DNA of 64,000 nucleotides, from assembly GCA_000002435.2 (NCBI GenBank), contig CM018791.1. One strand, 5' to 3'. The position numbers and the translations under genes were made by a program. The DNA comes from Giardia intestinalis (Eukaryota). Below, piece by piece: positions 10,134 to 23,700 of the stretch; position 1 is the first letter of the stretch; each line of letters starts with the position of its first letter. Under the pieces are notes generated by a model. That model did not search any database, was not told where the DNA came from, and saw only the letters and a program-made list of their open reading frames with translations.

Positions 10134-11297
10134 ATGCTTTTTCTATTCCTGATTGACTTGTTCATAGCCTCTGCTTCTGAGTGTGAAAATGCTAGTGATT
10201 GTGAAAAGTGCCTTACCGAGTGCTACAAGACACACTTTTGGTGCGTCGATGATAATACGTGCCGTCCATTAACTAGCACCGGAGCTGACCTCGACGACAG
10301 TAGCGCTCCATTTGGTACATGCAGATTTTATGAATCTCACGATCTTATCTTCAATGCAACGGAGTGCTGCTCCACGAAGCCCGATTACACTAGTTGTACA
10401 AAAGGTTCATTAGTATCGTATTGCCAGTGGTGCCCGACATCGTCTCATGGCACACCACAGTGCCTCTATAAGTATGATACGACTCACAAGGCTATGGTGT
10501 GCGATGTCCCTCCAGAGTCGTTTGCCAAGTGCTCGGGATTCACGTCCTGCACGGACTGCACAAATAACCTATTGTGTGTCTGGTGTGAAGAGAATGGATC
10601 CTGTATCCCCAAGGACTCTCAAGAGGATCCGCAGTCAAGTTATTACTGCAAAACAACTACGGACAATTGCTGTTTTGACAGAAGAACGTGCGAGGAATGC
10701 TCCAATGACTCTGGGCCCTTCGACCATCAAGTGTGTGTTTGGTGTAACGAAGAGAAACAATGCAAGACGCTTGCTGCCGCTTTGACAACGTGCAACTCGA
10801 CCAACAGGCTGGGAGTGAGGTACTGTGAAGACAGGTGCTACTCCAGGTCTTCCAGCTGTTCGCACTGCGTAGCAGATCTTGGCTGCATCTGGATTAGTAA
10901 TCTACACTGGACGCAGTCTATCGGAGTCCCTAAAGACCTCACCGAGCTCTGCACAGCTGGATCCCTTTCTGGCCCCAAAAGCAAAATCATCAATTACCAA
11001 TCTAGCAGCACTGGTCGCTATGAATTCGTGGTGCAAGAGTTCTACCATATGAATTGTTCACTTAAGTCGTCCTCCTTAATTACTTTGATATCTGTTCTGG
11101 TGGTGTCCATCGTAGCACTCATCATCATTATCTTAGTTATTACCACAATAGTAAAGCGTCTAAAGTACGCCAAGGCACTCAAGAATGCACGCGAGGAAGC
11201 GGCTATCATCCCCCAGGACAACGATGGACAAGAGGACAGCGATGAGGCAGAGCGTAATGAGATAGCCCGATTAGTTAAGCCGGTGTCCTGGGAATAA
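10134..11297 (+). CDS. High-cysteine membrane protein (HCMP-like, type I).
   Basis: Signal peptide MLFLFLIDLFIASASE. About 50 cysteines, many in CxxC motifs. C-terminal TM helix LITLISVLVVSIVALIIIILVITTIV followed by a 47-aa acidic cytoplasmic tail, which is not the VSP CRGKA tail. The AGTAAAC signal lies 20 nt after the stop. Confidence 0.8.
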   Translation: MLFLFLIDLFIASASECENASDCEKCLTECYKTHFWCVDDNTCRPLTSTGADLDDSSAPFGTCRFYESHDLIFNATECCSTKPDYTSCTKGSLVSYCQWCPTSSHGTPQCLYKYDTTHKAMVCDVPPESFAKCSGFTSCTDCTNNLLCVWCEENGSCIPKDSQEDPQSSYYCKTTTDNCCFDRRTCEECSNDSGPFDHQVCVWCNEEKQCKTLAAALTTCNSTNRLGVRYCEDRCYSRSSSCSHCVADLGCIWISNLHWTQSIGVPKDLTELCTAGSLSGPKSKIINYQSSSTGRYEFVVQEFYHMNCSLKSSSLITLISVLVVSIVALIIIILVITTIVKRLKYAKALKNAREEAAIIPQDNDGQEDSDEAERNEIARLVKPVSWE

Positions 11298-11316
11298 ACT
11301 GTTTAATAAGCTACTT

Positions 11317-11323
11317 AGTAAAC
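11317..11323 (+). promoter_or_regulatory. Poly(A) signal AGTAAAC downstream of the HCMP gene.
   Basis: ctacttAGTAAACctg lies 20 nt after the TAA at 11295-11297. Confidence 0.5.
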
Positions 11324-11391
11324 CTGTTGTAACACTTAATGTACCTCTTAGTCGTGGTCGATTTGCGGACCCGAGTTTGAGTTTGGTAAAA

Positions 11392-14322
11392 ATGTCCATA
11401 ACGAGGCTGACACGGCCACTTATCGAGAGTGTGGCCAAGACTGTTAAACCGTATGGAGACGTGGTAGAGCTCGATTTTCAGCGTAACAATATAGACCTAC
11501 TCGAAAATCTGCAGCCCCTTTCTCTCACGGAATTGGCCATACTGAACTTGTCCTACAATAGGCTTCAGACGCTCCAGAACCTTGTGCCAATAGCTACTCT
11601 CAAAGAGCTAAAAGTAAGCGCCAACTCCCTCGTCAGTATTAACACAGCACTTCCCTTTCCAAGGCTTCAACTCCTCGATTTATCAGAAAATAAAATCTAC
11701 CAAATAACAGCAGAACTCCCAGAAAGCCTGTTAGAATTGGATCTTCGAAGCAATCTAATATGTACGTTTGAAAGCGTAGCCCCTATCTTTAAATTACATA
11801 ACCTTACCGTATTGGACTTACGACAAAATCCAATCGTCGACAAGTACATAAGTAACGAGGCATTCTACACATACGTCACGAAGTTCCTTCCCAAGCTAGA
11901 CACCCTGAACGGCGAGCCAATAGCCGCCTTCCGACAAGCTGCCATTTCTCAGATGCAGCTCTCTAAAGCAGAAAGTAGAGTAGATAGATCCAATGCTATT
12001 TACGATTTGACTGAATCGCGCGTAGCTGGAGTCGTCTCTGCAATATCTCAGGCATCACAGGTTGACAGTCGGTCGGAAGTGCAGGGCAGTGGACAAGCCA
12101 GGTCCCATCAGCCAACTTCTGTACGTGCCTCTTCTGTTCAGCAGCAAGATCCTGGCATTAACATTAAAATATATTCAAACTATTACGACAAAGGGGGACC
12201 TCAGTCAAACAAGGGGCAAATTACAGACTCTCAGCGCATGGTTAATGAGCACGTTATTCTATTTCGAAGTCCGTCCAATAGAAGGTTATCATACAGCCAG
12301 GTTAACCCTTCTAATCCTCCAGAGAAAATAGCTCGCGCCATATCACAAGAGCGACTGGTCACTACTGAAAGTCTTGCGACAAATACTATAGTCCTGCAAC
12401 AAGAAGCAGGTCAGCAAGGTGTCCACCACAAATATAGGGCATCGACAGACGATTATAACATGGTAGCTTCCTCCAGGGCTTCTGAAGCGCAACAAAATCG
12501 ACAGGGCATAGCTCCAATCGCTGTCCAGAGGTCCCGAAGCTTTCGAGCAACTGGTGAATCTACCATTCGGGAAGTGCAGGCTACAGAGCCACTTCTTTTG
12601 CCACATTCACACCCGACCGTTCACACTGAGGCACAAAGTTTGTCATCTCAGAATAAATCTACAATAATGTACGAACAAGTTCCTGGAACTTATCAGAGTA
12701 CTGACACAGATATGAGGAGCACCCACGTTGAGAAATCTGACACGGCACTCGTCACACAGCTACGCCGGAAGTGCATGGAGCAAGAACTTGAGATACATCG
12801 GCTCAATCTGGAGCTTAACGCAGCGTCGGAGATCCTTGGAGATAAGGGGGTTATTCCTGGTCTATTAAGTCGGGATACTACCGTTACAATGGCTAGTAAG
12901 CTGCGCAATGAAGGAAAGTTATTCATCCCTACTATTTCTGGGCCGAACGAATATGCTAAGCTTCTTTCTCAAAGTGACTTTTCAGAGATAGCATTACTCA
13001 AGGCACAAGTACAATCCCTCGAGGAAAGCATATGTGCCTTAGAGAACGACTCTATAGTAACCTATCCTCATCCAGAAGCAGAGAGACCTGGACAAAGCTC
13101 GCTTCCTATCGCACTATATTCATATAGACGCAAGCTTTTCCACACCATCCTCGCGGGAACACGTCAGGCTAAAGAAGCTAAGAGCAAAATTGCTGAACTG
13201 CAAAAGACAACACTGGCACTCACAAAGCAGGTCAAGGAGAAGGAGGAGCTCGAGCAAGAAGCAGATGCCAAGACTCGTCTCCAGAAGGTACAGCTCAAGG
13301 ATGCTGAGCTCCGCAAGGAGGCAAAGCAGAAGACAATAGAAATGTTGTCGACTGAGCTGAGTCAATATCACAGTATGTTTGAGGTACTGTCCGAGTTACA
13401 TGCTGGGGGAGATAACGGACTGGTTTCCTTCCTCCAGCAGAACTCCGTACTGACCGTTGTAGAAATGGTCGAAAGAGCGCTTGAACTAAGCCGGGAGAAG
13501 ATTCATAATGTTGACCAGTCTGTACAGGCCATCACGACAATCATTAGTCGTCAGAAACTTCGCATCGAAGCCTTGACAGACAAGCTTGATGATTATGAAC
13601 ATAAGTATTCAGCCCTTCTGTCAGAGCATGAAGATCTGATGTCTCGATATGATGCACTAAAAGACACCTACAAGAGCTTGCAGCTCGAGAAAATAAAGTT
13701 AGAGGCAGACTCCCTGGATAATAGTGCACGGAGAAGACCTCCATGTGCAAATTTTGCAGTGCAGGTGAGGCCCAGATCTGATTTCGCTGCAGAGGTAAGT
13801 AAGCACCCTGCTACGTTAGAGGATGTACATACCTTGAGTGATAGAGCAAGCGTTACAGACATGCAGGTAGCACACGAGCTTCCACCAAGCCCATCCGTTT
13901 ATATTGGGCCAGGAAGAAGCGTGCAGCAACCAGAGTCATCCCCCAAGACAATCTCGTCCACCTCTCGTGCACCGACCATCTCTGCAGCTATGGTAGCATC
14001 ACAGATCACCAGATCAATGATGCAGAACTCTCATCAGTCGGCTGGTGACTCAATAAAATCTCCAGCAAGGCATTCAGCGCCCACTCATCAAGAGCCCCTT
14101 CCTGACAGTATAGTTTCAACCGTGGAGCTGAATACTAATGGGAAGCTACAGCCGCCACAGTCTGATGAAGATTTGTTTGACATGAAAATGGCAGAGAGAA
14201 AGCAGCTTGCGGCGGAGATGAAGGAATTACAAAGCATGACCATCCCAAGAAGTTCGTCCTCCAATCGAAAACGTGCAGAAAAGATCATGGGGATGTTATC
14301 AAAGCTGGACTCGTTAATGTAA
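11392..14322 (+). CDS. Leucine-rich-repeat plus coiled-coil protein (LRRCC1/centriolin-like architecture).
   Basis: N-terminal SDS22-like LRRs (LxxLxLxxNxI repeated: LDFQRNNIDLLENL, LNLSYNRLQTLQNL, LKVSANSLVSI, LDLSENKIYQI, LDLRSNLI, LDLRQNPI). A Ser/Gln-rich middle. C-terminal heptad coiled coil (KIAELQKTTLALTKQVKEKEELEQE...). The track start at 11377 is a TTG. The first ATG is at 11392 (ggtaaaaATG). Confidence 0.8.
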   Translation: MSITRLTRPLIESVAKTVKPYGDVVELDFQRNNIDLLENLQPLSLTELAILNLSYNRLQTLQNLVPIATLKELKVSANSLVSINTALPFPRLQLLDLSENKIYQITAELPESLLELDLRSNLICTFESVAPIFKLHNLTVLDLRQNPIVDKYISNEAFYTYVTKFLPKLDTLNGEPIAAFRQAAISQMQLSKAESRVDRSNAIYDLTESRVAGVVSAISQASQVDSRSEVQGSGQARSHQPTSVRASSVQQQDPGINIKIYSNYYDKGGPQSNKGQITDSQRMVNEHVILFRSPSNRRLSYSQVNPSNPPEKIARAISQERLVTTESLATNTIVLQQEAGQQGVHHKYRASTDDYNMVASSRASEAQQNRQGIAPIAVQRSRSFRATGESTIREVQATEPLLLPHSHPTVHTEAQSLSSQNKSTIMYEQVPGTYQSTDTDMRSTHVEKSDTALVTQLRRKCMEQELEIHRLNLELNAASEILGDKGVIPGLLSRDTTVTMASKLRNEGKLFIPTISGPNEYAKLLSQSDFSEIALLKAQVQSLEESICALENDSIVTYPHPEAERPGQSSLPIALYSYRRKLFHTILAGTRQAKEAKSKIAELQKTTLALTKQVKEKEELEQEADAKTRLQKVQLKDAELRKEAKQKTIEMLSTELSQYHSMFEVLSELHAGGDNGLVSFLQQNSVLTVVEMVERALELSREKIHNVDQSVQAITTIISRQKLRIEALTDKLDDYEHKYSALLSEHEDLMSRYDALKDTYKSLQLEKIKLEADSLDNSARRRPPCANFAVQVRPRSDFAAEVSKHPATLEDVHTLSDRASVTDMQVAHELPPSPSVYIGPGRSVQQPESSPKTISSTSRAPTISAAMVASQITRSMMQNSHQSAGDSIKSPARHSAPTHQEPLPDSIVSTVELNTNGKLQPPQSDEDLFDMKMAERKQLAAEMKELQSMTIPRSSSSNRKRAEKIMGMLSKLDSLM

Positions 14323-14789
14323 ATGCTTTCCCCATCTTGAAAAGCCGCTCTTTGTGCATGCAGCCATGGTCTCCAGAGGTGATCGAAGATGGCGCTGTGA
14401 CCGATGAGGGTGACTAATAGGATGGCAGTGAGCTGTACTTTTCTAGCACATCGAGGGCTTGTCTGCATGCATATTGCTGTTATTGAGCCAGTGCTTAAGT
14501 TGACAAGTGTTTATTCTTGCTTCAGGAATCTAATAACTGGTAGGGCTTCCCCATGAGCCTGTTCAAGTAGTTAATATAAAACGATGGACTGAAGGTTCTA
14601 ACCGTACTCTAACGGCAAACTGAATACTAAAATGGGGACAGACTCTAAGGAACTCTAGAACAAAATTGGTTGCTTTTGATAGTGATCTCAATTAGTCAAC
14701 TAGCTGCCTAGGGCATAAGAGAGCCGGTTCACCTTTAAAGGAGCTCTCTGAATTGCTGCGATTCAAAAAAGGTTGAGAAGAAACAAGAT

Positions 14790-17700
14790 ATGTCTCCTGT
14801 GACAACTGAGTTGTGGGGGCGTACTGTCCATTATGTGTCTGATGCGCATACAAACCATATCTTATCAAGAAGCAATGGCTACGAGGGGCACCATCACAAG
14901 CCCCCTGCCTCTGTCCGTGCCCTACTACAGGATATTTCAGGTTTACCACGGTACAGCAACTACCTCTTTTTAGAGGGGGCCGATTCTACTGCCACGCATG
15001 GGAAGGTCTCTAGCCTAACACGGCTCTATGTCCCTATTATCAATCGCCCCTACTCCGTCGTGGGACCGACCAATGTTGCTACTGATCGGCTGGGAATAAC
15101 TGACGCATCGTTCTTTAACGAGACTATCAGGGTCTCGAATTCGTTTGGGCCACGGGCTCGGGGCTGGAAGTGCGCCAGCAGCCCCACCAGCGATGTTGCT
15201 ATTTGCATATGTCCTGCGCTCACATTCCGAAGATATCTAAAGCAGAAGGGTAGAGATACAAAGTCTTTGCTTGATTATTTAAAGGCTACCAGCTCTGACT
15301 CCCTTCTCTGCTTTAATACAACAACAATGGAACTGACACACTCTCTCCCACTAGCGAGCATAAATAATATTGGGCCGTGTAGTGATATCTCTCCCATTCC
15401 CTTTGAGATTGCTGCTACGTATCTATATTCATTCATGGACCTGGCGCCTGCCTCTGCATCAAATAAGAGTGCCGGGACCTTCCCGCCAGGGACATATGCA
15501 GCTTTGCTGACTTGCTGCGACAGCAGAATCTATCTTGTTATTGTTGCAAACTATAAGCTCAAGTATATTCAGCTATTTACTGTCCTTCAGCCAGTCCCCA
15601 ACCTTTTTGCGTCGTCCATAACAGCTCTGTCTGTGCAGCTATTGTCAGCAAGTAACTCAAACTCTGAGGTCCCGCGCCTTTTACTTCTCGCCAGCGGACC
15701 ACTTGCTTTGGCAACCCCGCAGCCAGCGATTGTGGGTCTACTTAGCGGTGTAAAGGCCAACACGCGGCCTCCACCTGTTGTATGTGCATATACTGTGCAC
15801 TTTGCAATAGATGCTAGCTCACTGCCTCACGTTACCACAAGTGTCTCATTGGTAGCATCTTCGTTTATGGATCTCCTTAGCGTGGCCATACAAAAAGGAA
15901 AGGGATCTTTAGCGCAGATCCCTACACCGCTGCGAGTAGTGAAAAACGGCAAGGGGCCAGAAATCATTCTGGCTGGGCAATACAGGTTGTTCCTCAAGCC
16001 TCTTTACTTGAGACGGAATGGGCCGAAAACAACCCAAGTGGCCCGAGAAATTGCCGAGAGTGCTGTTGCAGATGTCTCTGGGATTTCTGTCGCGGCCTCT
16101 ATAGATGCCAAGTCTATAACAGGGTCTGTGACAAGTAACTTGGTTCCGTATCGCGCTGAAATGGTGCGCGCCTTTGGACGCAATCTCTGGTACTTCCGCC
16201 GTTCCTTCGAGGACGCATCGTCCTGTGCTAAGAGATCCTTGTTACCTGATCCTCGCACCTTAACTGTGTCGGCGCGGTTTCTACTTATAGATTGGCTGCT
16301 ACTGATTGTCTATATTATTGGATTGCTTGCATACGGTTTTTATGGGATTCTGATCAAGGTACTTGCACGAACCGAGAAGCTTACTATTAAAGTCAACAGG
16401 CGCGAAACACGAGGGTCATATGCTGTTCCTGTTTGTGTTCATCCATTGCTCTTTAATAGGCCTGGTGGGGCCTACCATTGCCTCATCTTTCTATCAGATG
16501 AGTCGGTTATAGGAGCCAAAACGGTCACTTTTCTCCTTGATCACTGTCATAACAGCGCTCCAGACACTGGGGTCAAGCTTCTACAACTTTACTTGCTCGA
16601 TAGATCGACCCTCCAGTTGCCTAAGAACACTCACATTACAAGTTTAAGCACCAGACCAATTTTGCTTCACAATGATTTCAAGACTACCATTTGTTCGGAA
16701 AAGCCACCAGAGTATGTCTGCCCCCAATTACTCTACATAAAACAGGATCAACCAGGGGATCAATCTGCGAAGAACCGGCTCCTATCCGAGATGCCAGAGG
16801 AGCTTTCATCTGCAATCAAATGTGCAAGCAGCCACCTCTGCGAAAGCATTGGAAACTTCGATTATCGAAAGACACACACCCTTCTGGACCAGGCTACAGA
16901 GCAATTGGCTGTCAAAGCGTCGTCCTCTTACTTATACTGTTCGTCTGTGCAACGCTCTTCTTTGAACAGGACATCATCAAGTGTGCGATCTTTGCATAGT
17001 ACCACCGTGGACTCTACATTTGGGGCACTTGATGCTTCCACAGGAACTACTCCATTACTCTACTTGTGTATGTTTTCCTACTCGTCAAATGTCTTCCAGT
17101 TGAACATTTATACAGTTGATAACGGTATTTCGTGTTGTTATAGCCTGCCTATTTCTTTAGAAGCCATCGAAAGCAGCCTGAAGAATCTTGATGCCCTGCC
17201 CTCGTTCGCTGACACCGCCGATTATTCTGAGCTTTGCCAGGCCGGGCACCTTATGGAAATGGCCAGTCAAACAATCTCATTGAGTAGCAAAGAGGTGTCC
17301 ACCTCTGTCGTTGCCTTCCATGACTCGTGCGCAGACGATACGGGAGATTCTGATGTTGACCAGACACCGGGAAAGAAGCTTGAGGCAGTTGTTTTAAACC
17401 GAAGCGAAACCTGTCGCTTGAGTCGAGCATCGCGCATCCGCAGATCACAGATGATCGAGCGGCCTCTCGTGATTTGCGCCGGCACTTGTTCACGCCAAAC
17501 TCGGGAAGACACAGTACGTGGTATCGGCTCTTATTTGATTGACTATTGTGACTTAGCTGACGGTCCTTCAAAGACTGCTGTTTCTGAGTGTCAAAGTCCG
17601 GGAAATGCAGCGGCTCATAGCCCGTGGCGACAGCCCCAGTCGGATTCATATAGAGTGCTTCACTTACCAACGGTCAGGGATGACGCAGCTTTATCCTTTT

Positions 17701-20700
17701 CGTTCACTGGTTCGGTTGCCAAGACGAAGTCGGTTCTTCTTCCGCACAACCCTGGCTTGTGCGGGTGCACCACGATTGAGGTTCTCTTCAACACAAAACA
17801 GAGCAGTCGCATTGCAGAACTGGTGTCACTAGCGCTAGCAGAGCGTACTGTATTTAAATACAGGTCAGGGACCGCCTATCCCCAAGCAGAGATGTTTTCT
17901 TTCAAGTCCGGATCTTCTAACGATGCAAAAGCTCCGGGAGCGAACGTCAAGCAGGCCATCGATCTTATGAATAGATATATTAGAAATGGAAAGCTCCTAG
18001 TGCAGCCGCACGGTGACACGTTGAGCACGTCAGCTAGTCAACGCACTCTACCCAAGCTCGATGCCCCTGGTAGTGAGCTTGCCCTTTTGTCCATGCTTCA
18101 TACTGTGGCTACCAAGGACACTTCGGACTTTTATCAAGACTTTGCGACAGACTCTTCCAGTGTGATAAATTGCTATGCATTGGAGGTGATGATCACATGG
18201 TTTGCAAAGGGTCCCGTTGTTGCATTTAGTATTCTGCAGAAGACAAGCATACTTGATCTTGTGGCCAACTACCATCAGGTTCTTGCTCTCCTTTACTGCA
18301 TTGTTAGGCGAACGTGTAGGTTCATATGTGATACATTTGTACTAAGCTATAGACGAACTGTTGCTCTCCACCGCTTTCTATCCTTGGTTGAGTTGATGAG
18401 TGTCCAGGTGGGCCTCACCAGGCTGCTAGAAGCATGCTATAAGAGGTCTGTTCTATCCATTTTAGAGACGATTTCCCTGTCGGCTGTTTTTAATGATGAG
18501 TTCCTCTATGAAGTAGAAGGGCTGGTAAAGTCTCAGAATACCTTTGCACACTACTATGATCCTCATCATGTGTCAGATAGGACTCCATTTTTTGTAAGCT
18601 ATAACTCCTTGCTACGCTATGTCCGTGACTTCACTGGGAAGGATTATTCTTTTCCAGATAGCTACGAAGAGCCAAGCTTGCGGAAGGGAAGTCCAGAGTA
18701 CATCCGGCATATTAACGCGACCTCACTTTTTGTTGCAACAGGTCTTCTGTCGGACATTGTTGGACACGACACGCCCTGTCTTCCGGGATTTCTGATTTTC
18801 TACCTACATCTGTACCTTTGTCCTCAGCAGTATGACGACGCAAGTGATGTTAATTTCGCTATTCATCAGCGCCTTAAGAGCAAAGCAACACTCTCTGCTA
18901 CCGAAGTAGCTAAAATTGCCACCAATGCCGCCATATATAGGGCTCTTTCGCAGTTCATTAACATGCTCATTACTTCTAAGGATATATTTATCAGTTTTGA
19001 TAGTTTCCCAGATCATCTTGTCTCGCCAAGTACCAGTGATGTGATTCTTCTTTTGAAGCTGTGGCCTCTTTCACGTTACATGGGTTATCAGACAAACAGC
19101 AGCTCCAGTTTGATGCGCCATCTCTTAACTCTCAACACTGCAACATCTATCTTACAAAATGCCAAGGACCTAAGCGAGTTCAAATCGAAGCAGTCCTCTC
19201 CTGATATTGACGAGCAACATACTAGGCTACAGAAAGCATTTGAAGACAGTGTGGCCCATGCATCTTCATTTGTTTGCCGTGAGCTCGCAGACTCATTGAT
19301 ATGTGCTGCATTTAGCAGCCCTACGTACACGGCCCTCCTTCGGGAATTGAGTAGCAAGATTGAGACTCAGGCGGGAGCTGCCGATCACGCAGTGCCTTTG
19401 CGCCCGTCTATAGATGCTGTGGATTGTTGGGTTGATGAGGATGGTGACCGGGATGGTGACCAGGTGGGTTGTCGTCAGACATATGCGCAAGCGGTGAAGC
19501 TTTCCTGCAAATCTGACGAGATCATACTTGCAAGTCCTACACTGTCGGCGTTCCTCGATAGAGAAACTGTTCACTTGGGCAGTGATAGTGCAACATTACA
19601 AAAGGCTCTCATAGAGCAGCTAGAGTACTCCGGTCGTTATATTGGGTTCTTCACTTCTTTATACTACTTTATAGGGTATAGCTTCCGATTCGATGACTTT
19701 CTATCTACCGACCAGTCCCTTTCATTTGTGTCCACGCCTGTACTAGGGCGATGCACACCGGTTACCACTCTCCTGAAGACGACTGTCCTTGAGGAGGACG
19801 CTCACAGTCAGATAACAAATGCAATCCAGCTTTCTACTGTTATTGTGAAGTGTCTCATCCCCCGGATCAAGCGTGCCATCCATGAAGCAAGCGAATACAC
19901 CCGCGCATATATTAGTGATCTGATTGACATTCGCACAAAGGATGGTTATGTTGAGGGGATATCTATTCTTATGCGCACAGTTCTCAACATTACCGAATTG
20001 CCTTTGAACGATGTTAGTAATAAAGACATGTTGAAAATAGCGCACGTCGACGCCAGCTTTAGGATGTATGAACTCTTCAAGCAAGCTCTTGAAGATTCTA
20101 TTGTCGCGAAGCCTTTACTGGAGAGTCTTCGGGAGGAGCTCAAGCAAAAAGACATGCTGGTCGTCCTTACCACTCCAGCACTTTTTGCATGGAAAGATTT
20201 CTGTTCTCTCTCCTCCTCAGCCTCTATTTTTACTGTCCTTGCGTGCTTCAGTCTTTCTGACTCACTCCTCCCTACAACGAAGTCCGTAGTCTGGCTGGGT
20301 CATTATTACACCTCTGCCTTCGTCACTTCTCTTCTTTCGTCCATGCAACCTAATGGTGGAAATGCTTCCATAGACCTCGCTGAGCTTCTCCAGGGTCCTC
20401 TTCCAAACGCCTACTTGATTGGAGACGAGATTTCTGGAGCCATTGATGCTATTCTTTTGTCGTGTATCAACTCACAAGTAACTGATGATATCTTTCAAAA
20501 TACCGTTCTAGTTACAATTCTTCACGGAGTCCTTCAGACGCCATATGCAATGCAAGCGATAATTGCTCAGTATCAGTATATCAAGCTGATGATCAACACA
20601 GAACATCCATCGAAGTCTTTACTGAACAAGCTGCTTGCCTTGCTTGTCGGTCACACAGAGAGATATCTTTTTACTAGCTTCGAAAATAACCCGCCAGCAC

Positions 20701-23700
20701 TTCCGCCGTTCTACCCGCTTTATACGCACTGCGGTCTCGAGTCTCATTTTTCCTATGATTCCTTTAAGCCCCTTGTAGCACTTCTGTACATGATTGCGTT
20801 GTCAGAAGAGAATGTTGCAAGGCTTACTCACGCTGAACAAAAGGACCTCTACAGCTGCCTCATCGACTGCATCCTTACTCCTAGTGTGCGGAGGTCGTCC
20901 ACAATGACAGAGAGAATAGAATCAATTGCCTCTCTTCACAGTATGGCTACATCTGGGATAGTACTTTCTCCTATGTCACACCTCAAGCTTCGCGTAATCC
21001 AATCTACTGAGAAATATACAGATGTTTATAGGAAGATGTGCTCCAGCTTTATCTTTAACAACTCAAGCGCGGGCGTCTCTTCGGAGCTTGAGGAAAAGAT
21101 ACGGAGCTTGCTGGCGCTAACTGAGAGTGGCGAGCTGTTTGACGGTGTGGATGGACCCGGTATCTTGATAGAACACGCGCTACGCTCCAGGGCCAAGGAA
21201 GTCCTCAGTATTCTTGGAATAAAGTTCGACATGTTTTCGCTAATACTGGAATCGCTATGTTACCACCTACAGGAGACATACAATAAAGAGTTTGGCCCAT
21301 ATGTTGCTGGTGACGACAGAGAGGACCTCCGTGCCGGAGCAGCCAGGCTGACCAACGCAGAGTCCTACAAGCTTATCAGCGACGTTGCCACATTCTCGTA
21401 CGAGCTTTTAGACAGTATTTCTCTCGAGGGTTCTACCCATGCCAGTGCACTTCTTAGAAAGTACGCTGCATCGTCAGCATTCAAGGGTCTTGCAGCGCAG
21501 ACTTTGTTCTTCGTTGATGCAGATATACTGCATACCAAGGTGCCTCTTCTGCTGACTAGCATTAAAGGGGTATCGAGTAGCTTTGACAGCTTGAATTCTG
21601 ATTTGAGCCCCGAAGCCACCAAGGATTTAGCAACAGCCCTGCTGGGCGGTGATGTTATTGGTAGAAACATTGTGTCTGACTGGATTGACGTTTATCACAT
21701 GAGCTTCAACTACTACTGGAGGCACCGGAACAACGCCTTGGCCTTAACCGGAAACGCATACTACCCGTCCTGCGTTTCCCGCATTCTTGCCTCTTCTGTC
21801 TGTCTTCTTTCAACAAAGACGTCTTCAAGCACAGAGCAGAGCTCTTCATTTGATTATGACTCGTTCTTACTGTACCTATTATTAACCACGGCGTTCTTTT
21901 ATGTTTCTGTGCCTGCGTCTTTAAACGCAGTGCAATCTGATGTAGCCTTTCCAAAGAATTCTGGGATATATGAGCAGCTTCTTTACTATTCATCTACAAC
22001 CCCGCTTCCATTCGTATGCAATGAACCACAGACCGAGGGCACAACTCTTACCAATGTGGCTCGTAATATCATAAGCAAAGGGAGTCAATCCAGCAGCCTG
22101 TACAGCTCCATCCGTGATTTGCGTGCATCCAGGCGACACGATCTCTATTCACACAGGAATAGATTTGTAGCGAACATGATTAAAGAGAATAGTCCCAACA
22201 AGAGCGATGTTGCTTCTGCCTGCACACTGTCAACTCTCATGACTTGCTGCTATGTCTCGTTATTTTTGGAGTATGTTCATAGGAAGCAATCTACAGACGG
22301 CGGCTCACTTCCTACTCCAGGAGATAGCATATATAGAGGCCTTGTATCGTTGGTCAGCACAGCTCCTATTTCTAACATTTGTGACCCCAAGGCCCCGCTT
22401 CACTACATGGGCATTCCCATTTTTCTTCTAGCGCAACTAAAGCTTCCATTCGTTGATAACTTTATGATCAGACTCACGAGAGAATCATGGGCTTCTGAGC
22501 CGATTGCCGCCTTCTTATATCTATCTCTCTCAAACTCAGAACGGCTGGTCACAGGCCTCTTTTTGTCAAACTCTATTTCCTATACACAAGATTTGCCCGG
22601 AATGACGTTACTATCGTTTGCAGTTAGGCTCCTTGGCCTCGAGGTAGCCAGAGCGGACATTTTCCGCCAGCCCATGACCACTGATGCCGTCGGACGCCTA
22701 CTTGTCAATGCATACGCGAGTCAGCAGTCATCCAAGCGAGAGGTGACCAGTCTTCTATCTCTCAGGGATCTCAGCGATGACAGCCAAACAGAATACTTTC
22801 ATGGGATGCCCTACCATCTTTTCCTTCTACCGGCACAGGTTTCTTGGACTGAGGTTACAAAAGCGATTAAACATGCTATAGCTGCATCTACTTCTATCTT
22901 TCCAGACAGCTATTCAAGTGATCGTTTATATTGCCAGACAATTAATAGGCTTTCATCTTATGCTGGTAATACTTCATGTTTACTTCCGAAGGCTCTTAGC
23001 GAACTTGCAGATCTAGCTAGCGATCCCTGCTGGCAAGACCAACACGCGCAGCCCACGATTCTCTCGCTTCTGCGGGACATTCTTTCTGCTCTGCTCTCTA
23101 TCTGCCACGGTCTTCTAACTCCAGGTATTTTTTATACAACCGTTGCCGTGATTCTTCATGCATTTGGCGATGGACCTTCGTCGGTGGCGGGGGTGTCTGA
23201 CCTCCTCAAGAACTTGAGAGCTTTTTCAACCGATTATCTATTTCTCAACTACATTCTCCGTAAGTACTGCAGCCAGTCTGGTGAGAGTCTTGAGATCCTT
23301 CTATCCCTTCTGTCTGCATTTCTTTCTGCTCTTTCATTTTCAGAAGATACTCGGGCAGCGCACCGCCTTGCGGACGCCTTTGCTTCTAACATTGTGCACG
23401 GAGATCCTGCAGACCATGTATATGCGCAGAAGATATACTCATTGTATGTCCTGTTTGCCCCACCTGACAAACAGTGCAAGACTGAGTTTTTGCTAGAGGC
23501 GCTGAGGAGGCTTCCTGCGTGCAGAAAGTCATGGTTTATACCCTGGTTTACGAACAAGGCAATTGTTCCGGCGCTAGACTTGCCTCATGAACAGGTCCGC
23601 GAAGTTGTCCGACTGGCTTACACACGTAACATTCTCTCTGATAGTGACCCTAGTACATCAAGCAATTTGCTGGAGTTTCTGGACTTAAGCTCTACCGTGG